Shown one piece after another: positions 1 through 11,068 of a stretch of DNA of 64,000 nt. This DNA is from a candidate division WOR-3 bacterium (GTDB lineage Bacteria > Hydrothermota > Hydrothermia > LBFQ01). Under the pieces are notes generated by a model. It was not told the origin of the DNA and ran no database searches. It saw nothing but the letters and a program-made list of their open reading frames with translations. Numbering within the stretch: the first letter of the stretch is position 1; each line of letters begins with the position of its first letter. The stretch is from NCBI GenBank assembly GCA_039802605.1, contig JBDRWW010000001.1, forward strand, positions 282,227-346,226, read 5' to 3'. Both the position numbers and the translations under genes were made by a program.

Positions 1-121
1 CCCCATAAAAGAGTTAAAACCAAAAGCTTTTAACAGTGCTTTTAGAGGGGGGACTGTGGGGATATTTTTGGGTTTAGGGACTGTAATAGTCTTAAAGCGT
101 TTAGGGGTATTTTAGAAAATT

Positions 122-1309
122 ATGGCAAATACAAAACTTGTTGAAGAGATTAAGGCGGAAATAGAGAATTTGAAGGAAACGGGGTTTTATGTGAATATCA
201 GAACTGTACAAAGCCCCGTGGATGCGTGGGTTATAGTTGATGGTAAGAGGGTGTTAAACTTAACCTCCAACAACTACTTGGGATTTGCAAACGAACCGAG
301 GTTGAGGGAAGCGGCAAAAAAAGCAATTGATGAATACGGCATAGGTCCCGCCGCGGTTAGAACAATATCCGGAACTATGAATCTCCATCTTATTTTGGAA
401 AAAATGCTTGCAGAGTTTAAGAAGGCCGAGGCGGTAATATCCTATCAGAGTGGTTTTAAATCCAACTTATCCGTAATACCTGCAATAGTCGGAAGGGAAG
501 ACGGTATATTTTCAGATGAGTTGAACCATGCCTCAATAATAGACGGTTGCAGGCTTTCAAGGGCAGAGATCATAAGGTATGCCCATGCGGATGTTGATGA
601 TTTAAGGAAAAAGTTGGCGGAAAACAGACACAGGTTCAGGCGGGCATTAATAGTTACGGATGGCGTTTTCTCGATGGACGGGGATATAGCACCTTTACCG
701 GATATAGTGAAGGTTGCGAAGGAATATGATGCCATAGTTATGGTAGATGACGCCCATGGTGAGGGTGTTCTGGGTAAAGGCGGTAGGGGTATAGTGGATC
801 ACTTTGACCTACACGGGGAGGTTGATATAGAAATAGGAACGCTTTCAAAGGCTTTTGGTGTTGTTGGTGGATACGCAGCATCTTCAAGCGTTATAGTGGA
901 TTATCTAAGGCAAAAATCAAGACCTTTCCTTTTCTCCTCAGCAATGACCGTTCCGGATGTGGCCGCATGTATAGAAGCGGTTAGGATTTTGCAGGAAAGC
1001 GAGGATAGGGTTAAAAAGCTTTGGGATAACGCAAACTACTTTAAGAAAAGGATGCAGGAGGCGGGTTTTAACACTTGGAAATCCCAAACACCTATAACAC
1101 CGATAGTAATAGGAGACGAAAAGACAACCCAAGAGTTTTCCAAAAGGCTCTTTGAAGAGGGTATATTCGTTCAGGCAATAGTTTATCCGACGGTTCCAAA
1201 GGGTACTGCAAGAATGAGGGTTATGATCTCAGCGGTACATACCAAGGAAGATTTAGATTTTGCTGTTGATAAGTTTATAAAGGTGGGTAAGGAGTTGAGG
1301 GTTATATGA
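122..1309 (+). CDS. kbl: 2-amino-3-ketobutyrate CoA ligase / glycine C-acetyltransferase (PLP-dependent, class II aminotransferase; BioF-like)
   Basis: 395 aa; near full-length similarity to E. coli Kbl (NNYLGx[32 protein letters not shown] lysine motif). Confidence 0.8.
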   Translation: MANTKLVEEIKAEIENLKETGFYVNIRTVQSPVDAWVIVDGKRVLNLTSNNYLGFANEPRLREAAKKAIDEYGIGPAAVRTISGTMNLHLILEKMLAEFKKAEAVISYQSGFKSNLSVIPAIVGREDGIFSDELNHASIIDGCRLSRAEIIRYAHADVDDLRKKLAENRHRFRRALIVTDGVFSMDGDIAPLPDIVKVAKEYDAIVMVDDAHGEGVLGKGGRGIVDHFDLHGEVDIEIGTLSKAFGVVGGYAASSSVIVDYLRQKSRPFLFSSAMTVPDVAACIEAVRILQESEDRVKKLWDNANYFKKRMQEAGFNTWKSQTPITPIVIGDEKTTQEFSKRLFEEGIFVQAIVYPTVPKGTARMRVMISAVHTKEDLDFAVDKFIKVGKELRVI

Positions 1310-1734
1310 AGGTGTATTTGAGGTATAACGGAAACTTTTGGGAAAACTCAAAAAGGTATGAATATAAAGGCAACAAGGATGTGGTTAAGTATGTACTTTT
1401 CGGAGAAGAGGAAGGTTTAAACTTTGAGGTTAGGGTCTTTGTGGTGGAACCGGGGGGAGCAACATCCTTAGAAAAACACCAACACCAGCACGCCGTTTTG
1501 GTTTTGGAAGGTGAGGGCTCAGTGCTAGTAGGTAATAAGATATACGATATAAAACCCCTTGACGGTATATTCGTTCCACCATTAACGCCTCACCAGTTTG
1601 TGGCAAACAAGGGAAGTATTTTAAAGATCCTATGCATTGTTGATGCGCGTAGGGATAGACCACAAAGGTTAAGCGACGAGGAATTGAAGGATCTTTTAAA
1701 AAATCCGGAAATAGCGGGCGTTATAAAACCTTAA
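1306..1734 (+). CDS. cupin-domain protein
   Basis: 142 aa; ATGA-overlapped with kbl; small beta-barrel-like conserved His-rich segment (HQHQH). Confidence 0.5.
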   Translation: MKVYLRYNGNFWENSKRYEYKGNKDVVKYVLFGEEEGLNFEVRVFVVEPGGATSLEKHQHQHAVLVLEGEGSVLVGNKIYDIKPLDGIFVPPLTPHQFVANKGSILKILCIVDARRDRPQRLSDEELKDLLKNPEIAGVIKP

Positions 1735-2467
1735 CGATTTCACAAACCTCGCTTGCAATTTTTCTTAATATTTCCTTATCCCTTTCATCAAGGTTTGCCT
1801 TTTTGAGTAAATCCGGTCTAAAAAGCAATGTTCTCTTTAAGGCCTGTTCCCTCCTCCACAGCGCTATGGCTTTGTGATTTCCGCTTAAAAGTATATCCGG
1901 AACCTTCTTCCCTTCAAAATCATAAGGTCGGGTATAAACGGGACTTTCCAATAGGTTATCGTAAAAAGAATCCGTTTCAGCCGAACCCTTATGCGTTAAT
2001 ACTCCTTCCAAAAGTCTAACAACGGCATCCAATATCACCAAGGACGCCAATTCCCCCGATGAAACTATAAAATCCCCAATGGATATTTCAATATCAATGT
2101 AATCGTATATCCTGCTATCAATCCCCTTATAGTGTCCTCCAACCAGTATAATTTCTGGCAACTTGGCGATTTCTTTAATGTCCTCCTGATTTATCCTTTT
2201 GCCCGAAGAAGACAGTAAAAATACCGGTGCATTTTTTAACCAATCTTTCGCATCTTCTATCGCCTTTACTATGTAATTTACCTTTAATACCATTCCCTCA
2301 CCGCCACCGTATTGATAATCCTCAACATCCTTAGGGCCCTCGGCGTAATCTATTGGAGAATAAAATTTTATTTCCAAAATACCTTTTTCTATTGCCTTCA
2401 TTAAAGGTGCATACTTTAAAGGGCTTTTAAAGTATTCCGGAAAAAGACATATTATTCCCACCTTCAC
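1721..2467 (-). CDS. trmD: tRNA (guanine37-N1)-methyltransferase
   Basis: 248 aa; TrmD SPOUT knot motifs (LVGGHYKGIDSRI, SIGDFIVSSGELASLVILDAVVRL). Confidence 0.85.
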   Translation of the reverse strand: MKVGIICLFPEYFKSPLKYAPLMKAIEKGILEIKFYSPIDYAEGPKDVEDYQYGGGEGMVLKVNYIVKAIEDAKDWLKNAPVFLLSSSGKRINQEDIKEIAKLPEIILVGGHYKGIDSRIYDYIDIEISIGDFIVSSGELASLVILDAVVRLLEGVLTHKGSAETDSFYDNLLESPVYTRPYDFEGKKVPDILLSGNHKAIALWRREQALKRTLLFRPDLLKKANLDERDKEILRKIASEVCEIVKVL

Positions 2468-3550
2468 CCCTTTACCTTTTGTTGAACGAGATAAGCCTTT
2501 ATAAATTCATCCAAATCCCCTTCCAAGACACTTTCGGCGTTTCCGGTTTCGTATCCCGTTCTATGGTCTTTAACGAGTTTATAAGGATGTAGAATATAAG
2601 ACCTTATCTGGTGCCCCCATTCTATTGAGGATTTTGGACCCATAAGTTTTTCAAGTTCCTCTTCTTGCTGTCTCTTATAATACTCGTAAAGCCTTGCTCT
2701 CAAAATTTTTAAAGCATTTTCCTTGTTTTGGTGTTGAGACCTTTCGCTTTGCATTACCACGGTTATACCGGTTGGTATATGTCTAACCCTAACGGCAGTT
2801 TCATTCTTTTGCATATGCTGACCACCTGGACCTCCGGATCTAAAAGTTTCTATTTCTATTTCATCTTCCTTTATCTCAACTTCTACCTCGGGCATTTCCG
2901 GATATACCGTAACCGCAGCGAAAGATGTATGCCTCCTCTTATTGGCATCAAAGGGTGAAATCCTTACAAGTCTATGAACACCCTTTTCCCCCTTTAAATA
3001 ACCATAAGCGTAAGGACCCTTTATATGTATGGTTGCGGATTTTATCCCAGCAACATCCCCCTTTTGATAATCCAATATTTCAACTTTAAAGCCTTTTCTT
3101 TCAGCCCATCTGATATACATTTTCAAAAGCATTTCCGCCCAATCTTGGCTTTCGGTTCCACCCGCTCCTGGATGGATTTCCAAAAAGGCGTTTTGAACAT
3201 CTTCCTTTTGTGTAAATAGGGTTCTTATCTGAAAATCCAATACATCCCTTTTTAACCTTTTAACCTCTTCTTCCAATTCCTTCAACATATCCGGATCACT
3301 TTCCGCCATTTCATAAACTTCCCTTACATAACCTATCCTATCCACCAAGTCCTTATAATCCTCCAAGAGTTTTTTCAGAGCCCCCAATTCCTTCATTTTC
3401 TCGGATGCCCTACCAGGATCGCTCCAAAATTCCGATCTTCCACTTTCTTCTTCCAAAGTCTTTATCTTCTCTTCAATTTCTTCTATGTTAAAGATACCCC
3501 CTTATGGTTTCAATTTCCTCAATCAATTCCTCAATTTCGGAAAACATCAT
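2464..3550 (-). CDS. prfB: peptide chain release factor 2, requires programmed +1 frameshift
   Basis: SPF and GGQ motifs in the 330-aa ORF; upstream 20-codon ORF0 (MMFSEIEELIEEIETIRGYL) ends at AGGGGGTATCTTTAAC; shifting +1 after CTT joins the frames. Confidence 0.85.
3487..3502 (-). promoter_or_regulatory. RF2 programmed +1 frameshift site (SD-like AGGGGG, slippery CUU, in-frame UAA stop, then C)
   Basis: reverse complement of 3487-3502 reads AGGGGGTATCTTTAAC, identical to the E. coli prfB site except UAA replaces UGA. Confidence 0.8.
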
Positions 3551-3576
3551 AAGTGGGAATTATAAAACCGTTTGAT

Positions 3577-4737
3577 TCACCATTCCCAACGCGTTTGCCT
3601 GTTTATATCGAGGGAAGGCACGGAGGAAGGTCTTGAAAACCTCGTCTCCTCTGGGTCGTTTGTCTTTATTAAGACATACTCGCCGGTACCCACGGGATCG
3701 CCGAATATATAGTCGTATCCCCCTCCGGAATAGTATATCCATCTAATATAAGGTTTATCACTAATGCCCATATCAACGGATGTTATCTCATCGGGTTTTC
3801 CCCTCTTTATATATATCCTACCCATATCGGTATATCTACCCCTTAAAGCGGGCGTTGAAAAGGCGCTATCGGCGTATTTAACCCTTTTCCTGAACTCCAA
3901 GTAATAATCCCATCCCCTTTTTTCCCAGAAATTCTTCAAAAACGCCAATCTACCCTCTAAGGTTATAATCTTCTCAAATTCCTCCTTCTCTTTTGGTGAT
4001 GCTATGTAATCTATAAATGAGGCTATATCATCCCCATAAGGCGAAACGAAAAACTCCCGCTCTAAATTGATCTTTTCTCCAAGAGAAGGGGAGATTACCT
4101 CTAAAACCAAACGGTATTTTCCATCTTTTAAATCCTCTATCGGAACCTGGGAATATACCGTTGATGAGGAGTTAAATGTTTTGGGAGGAAGTCTCAATAC
4201 GGGCTTATCCCCATCAAATATAGCACCCACAACTATAAAGGGGCTATCGGATACCACCTCCAAGTAATAATTCAAATTCCTATAAAAAACGCAGGGAAAA
4301 CATGGCCTTATATATAGGTTTCCCCTTTTGAATAGGGCGGTTGAATCGTTTTCCGATATGTTGTATGCGAGGATTAAGGAGGAGGTTTTAATATTTCCAA
4401 ATCCTTGGATAGAATCCTCCTTTTTAAAATCCATACCCTTACCCTTCAAATTGCCCTCAAACACCAAATTCTCCCAACCCGCTACGCTTTCATAAAACAA
4501 AATTGCATACCTACCCTTTGGCAATTTCTGTTTAACCTTATCCGTAAATTCCTTTTTATCCGAAGACTTAAAGGATACGCTTAAATTTACATCACCGCCG
4601 AGGACTTTATCGGACATCAAACTATAAACCAAGATTATATTTCTGAGATTATCGTTTATAGGAAACCAAACCTTATAAACTTCAACATTTACAGCCGCCA
4701 CCAAAAGCATAATGGATATTTTAAAGGTGAAATGCAT
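3577..4737 (-). CDS. secreted GWxTD-domain protein
   Basis: 386 aa; N-terminal signal peptide; C-terminal GWDYY...RGRYTDMGRIYIKRGKPDE matches the GWxTD family pattern. Confidence 0.5.
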   Translation of the reverse strand: MHFTFKISIMLLVAAVNVEVYKVWFPINDNLRNIILVYSLMSDKVLGGDVNLSVSFKSSDKKEFTDKVKQKLPKGRYAILFYESVAGWENLVFEGNLKGKGMDFKKEDSIQGFGNIKTSSLILAYNISENDSTALFKRGNLYIRPCFPCVFYRNLNYYLEVVSDSPFIVVGAIFDGDKPVLRLPPKTFNSSSTVYSQVPIEDLKDGKYRLVLEVISPSLGEKINLEREFFVSPYGDDIASFIDYIASPKEKEEFEKIITLEGRLAFLKNFWEKRGWDYYLEFRKRVKYADSAFSTPALRGRYTDMGRIYIKRGKPDEITSVDMGISDKPYIRWIYYSGGGYDYIFGDPVGTGEYVLIKTNDPEETRFSRPSSVPSLDINRQTRWEW

Positions 4738-4775
4738 ATTCCAACTTTCCCCATCATCATTAAAATAGACGGTTT

Positions 4776-6965
4776 ATGTTGTTTTTGATTTTAAACCACA
4801 TAACCCTTGAAGGTGAGATAAGGGATAGTTTAAATCAAAAAATCCCTTTTGCGGTTATAAGGGTTAAGGAGTTGAAAAAGGGAACCTATTCGGACGAAAG
4901 GGGTTATTTTTACTTAAAACTCCCGGATGGCAAATGGACAATAGAGGTAAAGGCCATTGGTAAAAAAACATATACCTTTGTGGTAGAGGGAAGGGATACC
5001 GTAATAAGCAAAACCATAACTTTAAAGGATGAGCCTTTAACAACACCCGAAATAATAATTACGGCTAAGAGGGAAGAGTTTAAGCAGGGTACGGGTCAAG
5101 CCATAAGGTTCAAGGCAGAGGTTATAAGGCAAACCCCTACATTTATTACGGCGGATGTTTTAAGGACAATCCAAGATTTTCCAGGGGTTCTGGGTTTAGC
5201 GGATTTTTCTGGGAAATTTTCCGTTAGAAGTGGTGGTCCAAACGAAAACGCCGTTTTATTGGACAACGCAACCGTTTTCAATCCCTATCACTTGGGTGGA
5301 TTCTTTTCTGTATTTGATTCGGATGCCCTTGAAAGCTTCACATTTTACAGGTCAAACTTCCCTCCAAAATTTGGAGGTGTTATGTCTTCCGTTTTGGATA
5401 TGAAAACCTTGGAACCGGACAGCATTTACGGGAACCTTTCGGTAAGCCTCCTTGCGACAAAGGTATTTCAAACATTTAAAGGCGAAAGGTTTGGAGGCTT
5501 GGTATCCCTTAGGAGGTCCTACTTCGACGCAACGCTTAAGCTCTTCGATTACGATTTTCCATATTACTTTTACGACGCCTTGGGCAAGGTGTATTACAAC
5601 TTAAACGATAAATGGACGGTTTCCACCACATTTATGCACGGAAGGGATCACTTCAACTTTACCATTAACAGGGCTTTTTTGAATACCTTCTGGGGGAACG
5701 ATTTGGTAGCATTTAATTCTAGGGTTATTTTCGGCAATTGGATAAACTTCACCACTTTCAGCAGTACATACTTTACAAACGGCATATCCGTTGGGTATGA
5801 AAATCAAAACTTTGTTTCCATAAAAACACCTATGGATTTAACAGAGTTTAAAACGAACTTTATAAGTATAGCCGAAGGTAGCGAGATAAACATGGGGTTG
5901 GATGTTCAAAGGGGTAGGGGGAAATTTGATCAGGAATTTTTTGGTTCCAATCTCCAATTCTCGGGTATTGGTTATACATCGGCCTTTTTCGGTGAGTATA
6001 TGTTGAAAAGGGGTTTGTACAACTTATCCCTTGGATTTCGCATAAACGCGTTTTTAAGGAAACTCATAAACGATCCAAAAAGGGATGTAATGTATTTAAA
6101 CCCGGAGCCAAGAATAACCTTTAAGCTATTTTTAACCCCGGATGTAGCATTAAAGGGTGGATTTGGTGTTTTCCATCAGTATTATGTGGGTTTATCCGGA
6201 GGTGGTGGAACACTTGGTGAAGTCCTATCATCTTTTTACTACTGGGTTCCGGTTTATAGGGGGTTTGAGCCGGAAAGGTCATACCATTATTCCTTGGGCT
6301 TATCCGGAATAACCACTTGGGGGGATTGGGAAATAGAAGGGTTCTATAAAGACTACCCATACATACTAATTGACAACCCAAATGTTGATCCAAACGACAT
6401 TTTCGGAACACTGTTCAGAAAGGGATACGGCTGGGCTTACGGGTTTGACGGTTATATTAGAAAGGACATGGGAAGGCTTAGGGGTATGGTATCTTACTCC
6501 TTTTTGGTCGGCAGGGTAAAAATTTCGGATTCCCTTATGAATTCCCCGTATGATAGGAGGAACGCGGTGATAATCGCCCTATCTTATGATATCCGTAGGG
6601 GTTTTGAGGGAGGTTTTAGGTTTGCCTATCAGAGTGGTCTTCCTTACACGGGTGTTATCGGTAGGTATGATATATACACCATTTACAACCCGGGAACGGG
6701 ACTACCCGCGAGGCTGAGAACCGAGGAGATTTATAGTTATCCCTATTCCTTACGGTATCCCCCATATCACAGGGCGGATGTTTATATATCAAAGGCCTTT
6801 GGCATTAAGCGGTTTAAAGGGAAATTATTCCTATCGGTTATAAACATTTACAATCGGGAAAATGTATTCACATACTTTTACGACTACTCCAAGGATCCAC
6901 CTCAGAAAATAACAATTCCCCAACTCCCTTTATTCCCATCCTTAGAGATTTTCCTAAACTGGTAA
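4776..6965 (+). CDS. TonB-dependent-receptor-like outer membrane protein with N-terminal carboxypeptidase-regulatory-like (CarbopepD_reg) domain
   Basis: 729 aa; CarbopepD_reg-like N-terminus, plug-like region, long alternating beta-strand region ending in aromatic residues (LEIFLNW). Confidence 0.55.
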   Translation: MLFLILNHITLEGEIRDSLNQKIPFAVIRVKELKKGTYSDERGYFYLKLPDGKWTIEVKAIGKKTYTFVVEGRDTVISKTITLKDEPLTTPEIIITAKREEFKQGTGQAIRFKAEVIRQTPTFITADVLRTIQDFPGVLGLADFSGKFSVRSGGPNENAVLLDNATVFNPYHLGGFFSVFDSDALESFTFYRSNFPPKFGGVMSSVLDMKTLEPDSIYGNLSVSLLATKVFQTFKGERFGGLVSLRRSYFDATLKLFDYDFPYYFYDALGKVYYNLNDKWTVSTTFMHGRDHFNFTINRAFLNTFWGNDLVAFNSRVIFGNWINFTTFSSTYFTNGISVGYENQNFVSIKTPMDLTEFKTNFISIAEGSEINMGLDVQRGRGKFDQEFFGSNLQFSGIGYTSAFFGEYMLKRGLYNLSLGFRINAFLRKLINDPKRDVMYLNPEPRITFKLFLTPDVALKGGFGVFHQYYVGLSGGGGTLGEVLSSFYYWVPVYRGFEPERSYHYSLGLSGITTWGDWEIEGFYKDYPYILIDNPNVDPNDIFGTLFRKGYGWAYGFDGYIRKDMGRLRGMVSYSFLVGRVKISDSLMNSPYDRRNAVIIALSYDIRRGFEGGFRFAYQSGLPYTGVIGRYDIYTIYNPGTGLPARLRTEEIYSYPYSLRYPPYHRADVYISKAFGIKRFKGKLFLSVINIYNRENVFTYFYDYSKDPPQKITIPQLPLFPSLEIFLNW

Positions 6966-6976
6966 GGGATCCTTTT

Positions 6977-7867
6977 CTATTGTGCTCCTCGCATTAAAAC
7001 CCCAAGGGCTTTTTTAAGCCTATTTTTTGCGTTTTGAATTGAAAAGTATTCAAGGTTTGCATTTGGGGGTTTAATTCCGCCCTTTATGTATTCCGCCATC
7101 TCCTCTAAGGAATCAAAGCCGTAATCGTATAAACCCAACATTTGGAGTATCTCCCACACACCACCGGATGTTTTGAATGTTATAACGGGTGTATTGTAAT
7201 AAAGGGCTTCAAGGGCCGTTAGGGAAAAGGATTCGTAATATGAGGATACTATTAAGGCGTATGCCCTTTCGTAAAATTGTGATAAATCTTCAACATACCC
7301 GAAGAACTTTACATTTTTTTTATCTTTACCTTCCAAGCCTATAACCCAACCCTCATATCCGGTAATATCAACGAGCTTTAAAAACCTATCAAAACCCTTT
7401 ATCCAAGCATTTCTACCCACCCATAATAACGCCCTTTCCCTATTTAAACCCTTGGGATTTGGGAGTTTGTTAAAATCCAAACCTATATGAACCACATAAG
7501 GATTTATCCCATAAAACTTATTACACATCTCCGCCATTGAAAAACTCGGGGCAAGCCAACCGTCAAACTTTTTTACCCATTTTTTAAACTTTAAGAGTTT
7601 ATAAAGATTTAAAGGGTTTTTCTCAAAACCTCCAAAAACCATTCTCCTTGATAGCGCCCTCAAGCCGTGAAAGAAGAAAAACTTGGGAACACTAATACTT
7701 TCAGGGTTTAAGTTTTTAAAGTATCCGTTTATAACAACCGCTTCATAACCGCTTATCTCCGGAAACCCGCCTTTCTCCACTTCCCAAATTTCAAAATTTT
7801 CACCTTCAATTTCGCTTAAAAATTTACCGACACCCCCTCCCTTTTTTCCTAAGATGAATAATACCAA
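6977..7867 (-). CDS. glycosyltransferase family 1/4-like protein
   Basis: 296 aa; GT-B C-terminal half motifs (ESFSLTALEALYYNTPVITFKTSGG). Confidence 0.5.
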   Translation of the reverse strand: MVLFILGKKGGGVGKFLSEIEGENFEIWEVEKGGFPEISGYEAVVINGYFKNLNPESISVPKFFFFHGLRALSRRMVFGGFEKNPLNLYKLLKFKKWVKKFDGWLAPSFSMAEMCNKFYGINPYVVHIGLDFNKLPNPKGLNRERALLWVGRNAWIKGFDRFLKLVDITGYEGWVIGLEGKDKKNVKFFGYVEDLSQFYERAYALIVSSYYESFSLTALEALYYNTPVITFKTSGGVWEILQMLGLYDYGFDSLEEMAEYIKGGIKPPNANLEYFSIQNAKNRLKKALGVLMRGAQ

Positions 7868-10021
7868 TTATCTGATCACAACCCTATAAACCCTATTTCC
7901 GGTCTTGATAAAGAATACACCTCTGTTTAGTTCAACCCTTTCACCCTTGCCAAACTTGCCTATGAGCCTTCCCGTTGATGTGTATATATTAGCATTTTCG
8001 TATAGGATTATATCCTTACCCTTTAAGACGAAGGGAGTTAAGGAAGTCCCCCTTGAAACCATATCTTCGCCAACACCCAAGGGATCGTTATTTCCACAGG
8101 GGCCGCCGTCTATGGCTACGAGACTATAAGGCTGGCCACCCGGCTTGGGATTGTTTAATGTTATACCCTTGACATTTACCGTCCAATACCCCCTTTGTGC
8201 GTTTTCAACATACACGACTTCAACATTATTTACATAATCGGTGGGACCAGACGGATTTGGTATTGATTGACCGCCTGAAAACTTATTCCCTTTATACACC
8301 GTTCCATCCGGGGCTATAACTTCAAGGTCAAGGTTGTTTTGTAATGTGCTTCCGGGTGCGTCCGTCCAAGCCAAAACCACTTTGAAATATGGAGTTGTAA
8401 ATTGGGAATGGCAACCCACGGGTATGTTATATGTCTCAGTTGCACCGGCCTGGACCCCAATACTATCATCAACCACAAAGAGCCTATGCTTTTCGGCAAC
8501 ATCGTCAAAAAACAATACCCTCTTTAAGTTTATCCTTCCCCAACCTATTGCGTTATTGGGTGGGAGGTTTTCATTTAACATTTTTTGTGCCGATGCTATA
8601 AGCATGGCCTTTAATAGGGAACCTTGTGGGTTGAAAGCGTTTGAGGAAACGGGACTACCCGTTGGATACCAGCCCTCGCGGAAATATTGCCTTACGATCG
8701 CGGCCGCACCCGCCGCCGCGGGTGTTGCCATAGATGTACCCATAAACCCAGAACTAACGGCGGCGCAGGAATATGTCCTATCGGTTCTGTTCTTTGCGGA
8801 TGTTATATAACTTGGGGTAAATCTGTTATCACCTCCGGGTGTCATAACATCGGGCTTTATTCTACCGTCATATGTGGGGCCTTGGCTGGAATACCAAGCC
8901 CTGTTCTCATCCGGGGGGATTGCCGCATTTGAAAATGCCCCGGCCGCGCCTACGGTTAAAATATTTTTTGCGGTTGCCGGTGCTCCCACCGTACCATCCT
9001 CATAAGAGGAGGCGCTGCTGCTATTTCCAGCGGCGAACAACACCAAAGCATCCGGGTGATCCCACATAAACTGGTCGGCATCACGGGCGTTTGATGTGTA
9101 AGCGTTTAAAGAACTTCCCCAAGAGTTCGTTATAACCCTCGCCCCATCGTTGTAAAACCAAGTAAAAATCGTGTTTATTGAATACGAATAGCATATGCCT
9201 CCACAACTGCCACAACTTGGGCCCCCGGCATCTCCGAATGTAATTTTAGCCTTATAGGCCATACCCCTAATATCCAAAAATACGCCCGTGGTATCCGGAT
9301 CGCCGGCTGCCGTCCCAGAAACATGGGTTCCGTGCTCATCCGGACAGGTGGCAAAATCATCGGCATAAGGTGATAATTGCCTATAATTAACCACCTTTCT
9401 GTGGGATGGGCCGGGCATTATGACGGATGTATCCCTGAAAAAGCAAGAGTAGTAATCAAGACCCGTGTCCATCACACCTATTATTTCCCCCTCTCCGTGC
9501 AATCCGTGGGCCCAAATCAAGGAATCTCCGAATACATGTGTTTGGATAGACCACCTCGTATTCCTATTCCACAAATAATTTTTATAATTGGGTTCTATCC
9601 TCGCAACATAAGGCAAAGATGCCATCTTTTGGGAAAAGTATAAAACCTCCTCTTCCGGAACCAAAACCTTAAACCTTGGAACATCTTCAAATGGTACCGC
9701 TTCGTATCCCAATTTCTTTATTTCAAGTTCCAAAATCCTTTTATCCGCATTCGGAAAACCCACTACCAAGAGTTCCACGAGGGAACCTTCCTTTGCATCC
9801 CCAAACTTACCTTCATATATCTCTTTTGCTATTTTTAGCTCCTCTGGAATTCCCGTTATTTGAAAGTTGGGGAGTTTAACACCGTTAGGGATATAGGCAA
9901 TATAGCCGTATTGCGGAATGTATTCGTATATTTTCACACCCCTGTTTGCAAGACCCAATGCATCCGCATTTTCACCAACGGGCTTAACAATCGCCCAATA
10001 CGATAAAACCATTAACATCAA
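7868..10021 (-). CDS. subtilisin-like serine peptidase (S8) with T9SS-type C-terminal sorting domain
   Basis: 717 aa; catalytic triad contexts (VMDTGLD, HGTHVSG, GTSMATPAAAG); C-terminal GVFFIKTGNRVYRVVIR resembles the Por_Secre_tail CTD. Confidence 0.8.
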   Translation of the reverse strand: MMLMVLSYWAIVKPVGENADALGLANRGVKIYEYIPQYGYIAYIPNGVKLPNFQITGIPEELKIAKEIYEGKFGDAKEGSLVELLVVGFPNADKRILELEIKKLGYEAVPFEDVPRFKVLVPEEEVLYFSQKMASLPYVARIEPNYKNYLWNRNTRWSIQTHVFGDSLIWAHGLHGEGEIIGVMDTGLDYYSCFFRDTSVIMPGPSHRKVVNYRQLSPYADDFATCPDEHGTHVSGTAAGDPDTTGVFLDIRGMAYKAKITFGDAGGPSCGSCGGICYSYSINTIFTWFYNDGARVITNSWGSSLNAYTSNARDADQFMWDHPDALVLFAAGNSSSASSYEDGTVGAPATAKNILTVGAAGAFSNAAIPPDENRAWYSSQGPTYDGRIKPDVMTPGGDNRFTPSYITSAKNRTDRTYSCAAVSSGFMGTSMATPAAAGAAAIVRQYFREGWYPTGSPVSSNAFNPQGSLLKAMLIASAQKMLNENLPPNNAIGWGRINLKRVLFFDDVAEKHRLFVVDDSIGVQAGATETYNIPVGCHSQFTTPYFKVVLAWTDAPGSTLQNNLDLEVIAPDGTVYKGNKFSGGQSIPNPSGPTDYVNNVEVVYVENAQRGYWTVNVKGITLNNPKPGGQPYSLVAIDGGPCGNNDPLGVGEDMVSRGTSLTPFVLKGKDIILYENANIYTSTGRLIGKFGKGERVELNRGVFFIKTGNRVYRVVIR

Positions 10022-10078
10022 CGGGTATTATATCCCCGTTGGGTTTATTTGTGGGAAATACTGGGGGTGGAGGGGTTT

Positions 10079-11068
10079 CTACCCATGCTGACCGATTAGA
10101 GTATCAACTATCCTTTTTTCGGCATAAGGTTCAAAGTATTGGGAGAGCTTGGATATATATCTTTCGGAATTTTTGAGCAATTTTTCAAGGATTTCAACCA
10201 CTTTGGCAATATTTGTATCCCTTTCCAAAAGCATCTCCGCGGCACCAAAATTATATACATCCATTGCATTAAATACCTGATGACCCCCTGCATAAGAATA
10301 TGGGATAAACAAAGCGGGTTTTTTAAAATAGCATATTTCACCTATGGAACTCACACCCGCACGGGATATTATGACATCCGCCGCCGAGTAAAATGGGGAT
10401 ATGTCCTTTAAAAACTTTACAAATTTGTAATTCTTACCTTCGGCGTCTTCACCCCTTTTCCCCACTATCCCCAAAATGAAAAACTTATTTAAATCGGCCA
10501 AGTTTTTTGCAATTTCGTTTAGGATTTTTGAACCCTGACTACCACCTATTATTCCGACTACCGGCAACTTTGTATCAATTCCCAAAACTTTATGGGCATG
10601 TTCCCTTTCATAAACCTCCAACTTCCTAACGGGTATTCCAACAAAGATACCCTTTGAAAAGTATTTAACCGCGCTCCTGAAAGCGCAAAAAACACCCCTT
10701 GAAAACACCGATAATACTTTATTGGATTTTCCAGCAACGGCATCCCCTTCGAAGAGGTAATAGGGTTTATTGTTGATTATGGCGTTTATCATAGGAGGTA
10801 ATTGCGGATAACCCCCAAAACCCAACAAAACATCTCCCTCCACGACGGGATCAAAGGTTTGAAAAATCCCTTTTAAAATTGCGTTTAAATTCCTTAATTT
10901 TATTTCACCTGCGGAGAATTCCAAAAAACTCTCCTTTATGGGGAAATCAACCTTTAAACCCCCAAGAAGTAAAACCTTAGATATTTTTCTCCTGTCCAAT
11001 TCGGCCGATACGGATAGTGCGGGGGATATATGCCCTCCGGTGCCGCCGGAAACCAAAACGACCTTCAT
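10079..11068 (-). CDS. murG: undecaprenyldiphospho-muramoylpentapeptide beta-N-acetylglucosaminyltransferase
   Basis: 329 aa; SGGTGGHISPALS N-terminal motif and GT28 C-terminal domain. Confidence 0.85.
   Translation of the reverse strand: MKVVLVSGGTGGHISPALSVSAELDRRKISKVLLLGGLKVDFPIKESFLEFSAGEIKLRNLNAILKGIFQTFDPVVEGDVLLGFGGYPQLPPMINAIINNKPYYLFEGDAVAGKSNKVLSVFSRGVFCAFRSAVKYFSKGIFVGIPVRKLEVYEREHAHKVLGIDTKLPVVGIIGGSQGSKILNEIAKNLADLNKFFILGIVGKRGEDAEGKNYKFVKFLKDISPFYSAADVIISRAGVSSIGEICYFKKPALFIPYSYAGGHQVFNAMDVYNFGAAEMLLERDTNIAKVVEILEKLLKNSERYISKLSQYFEPYAEKRIVDTLIGQHG

Noticed and set aside
8334-9879. Several 60-160 aa plus-strand ORFs inside the S8 peptidase gene
   Set aside because: They are antisense to a well-supported long CDS and have no motifs.
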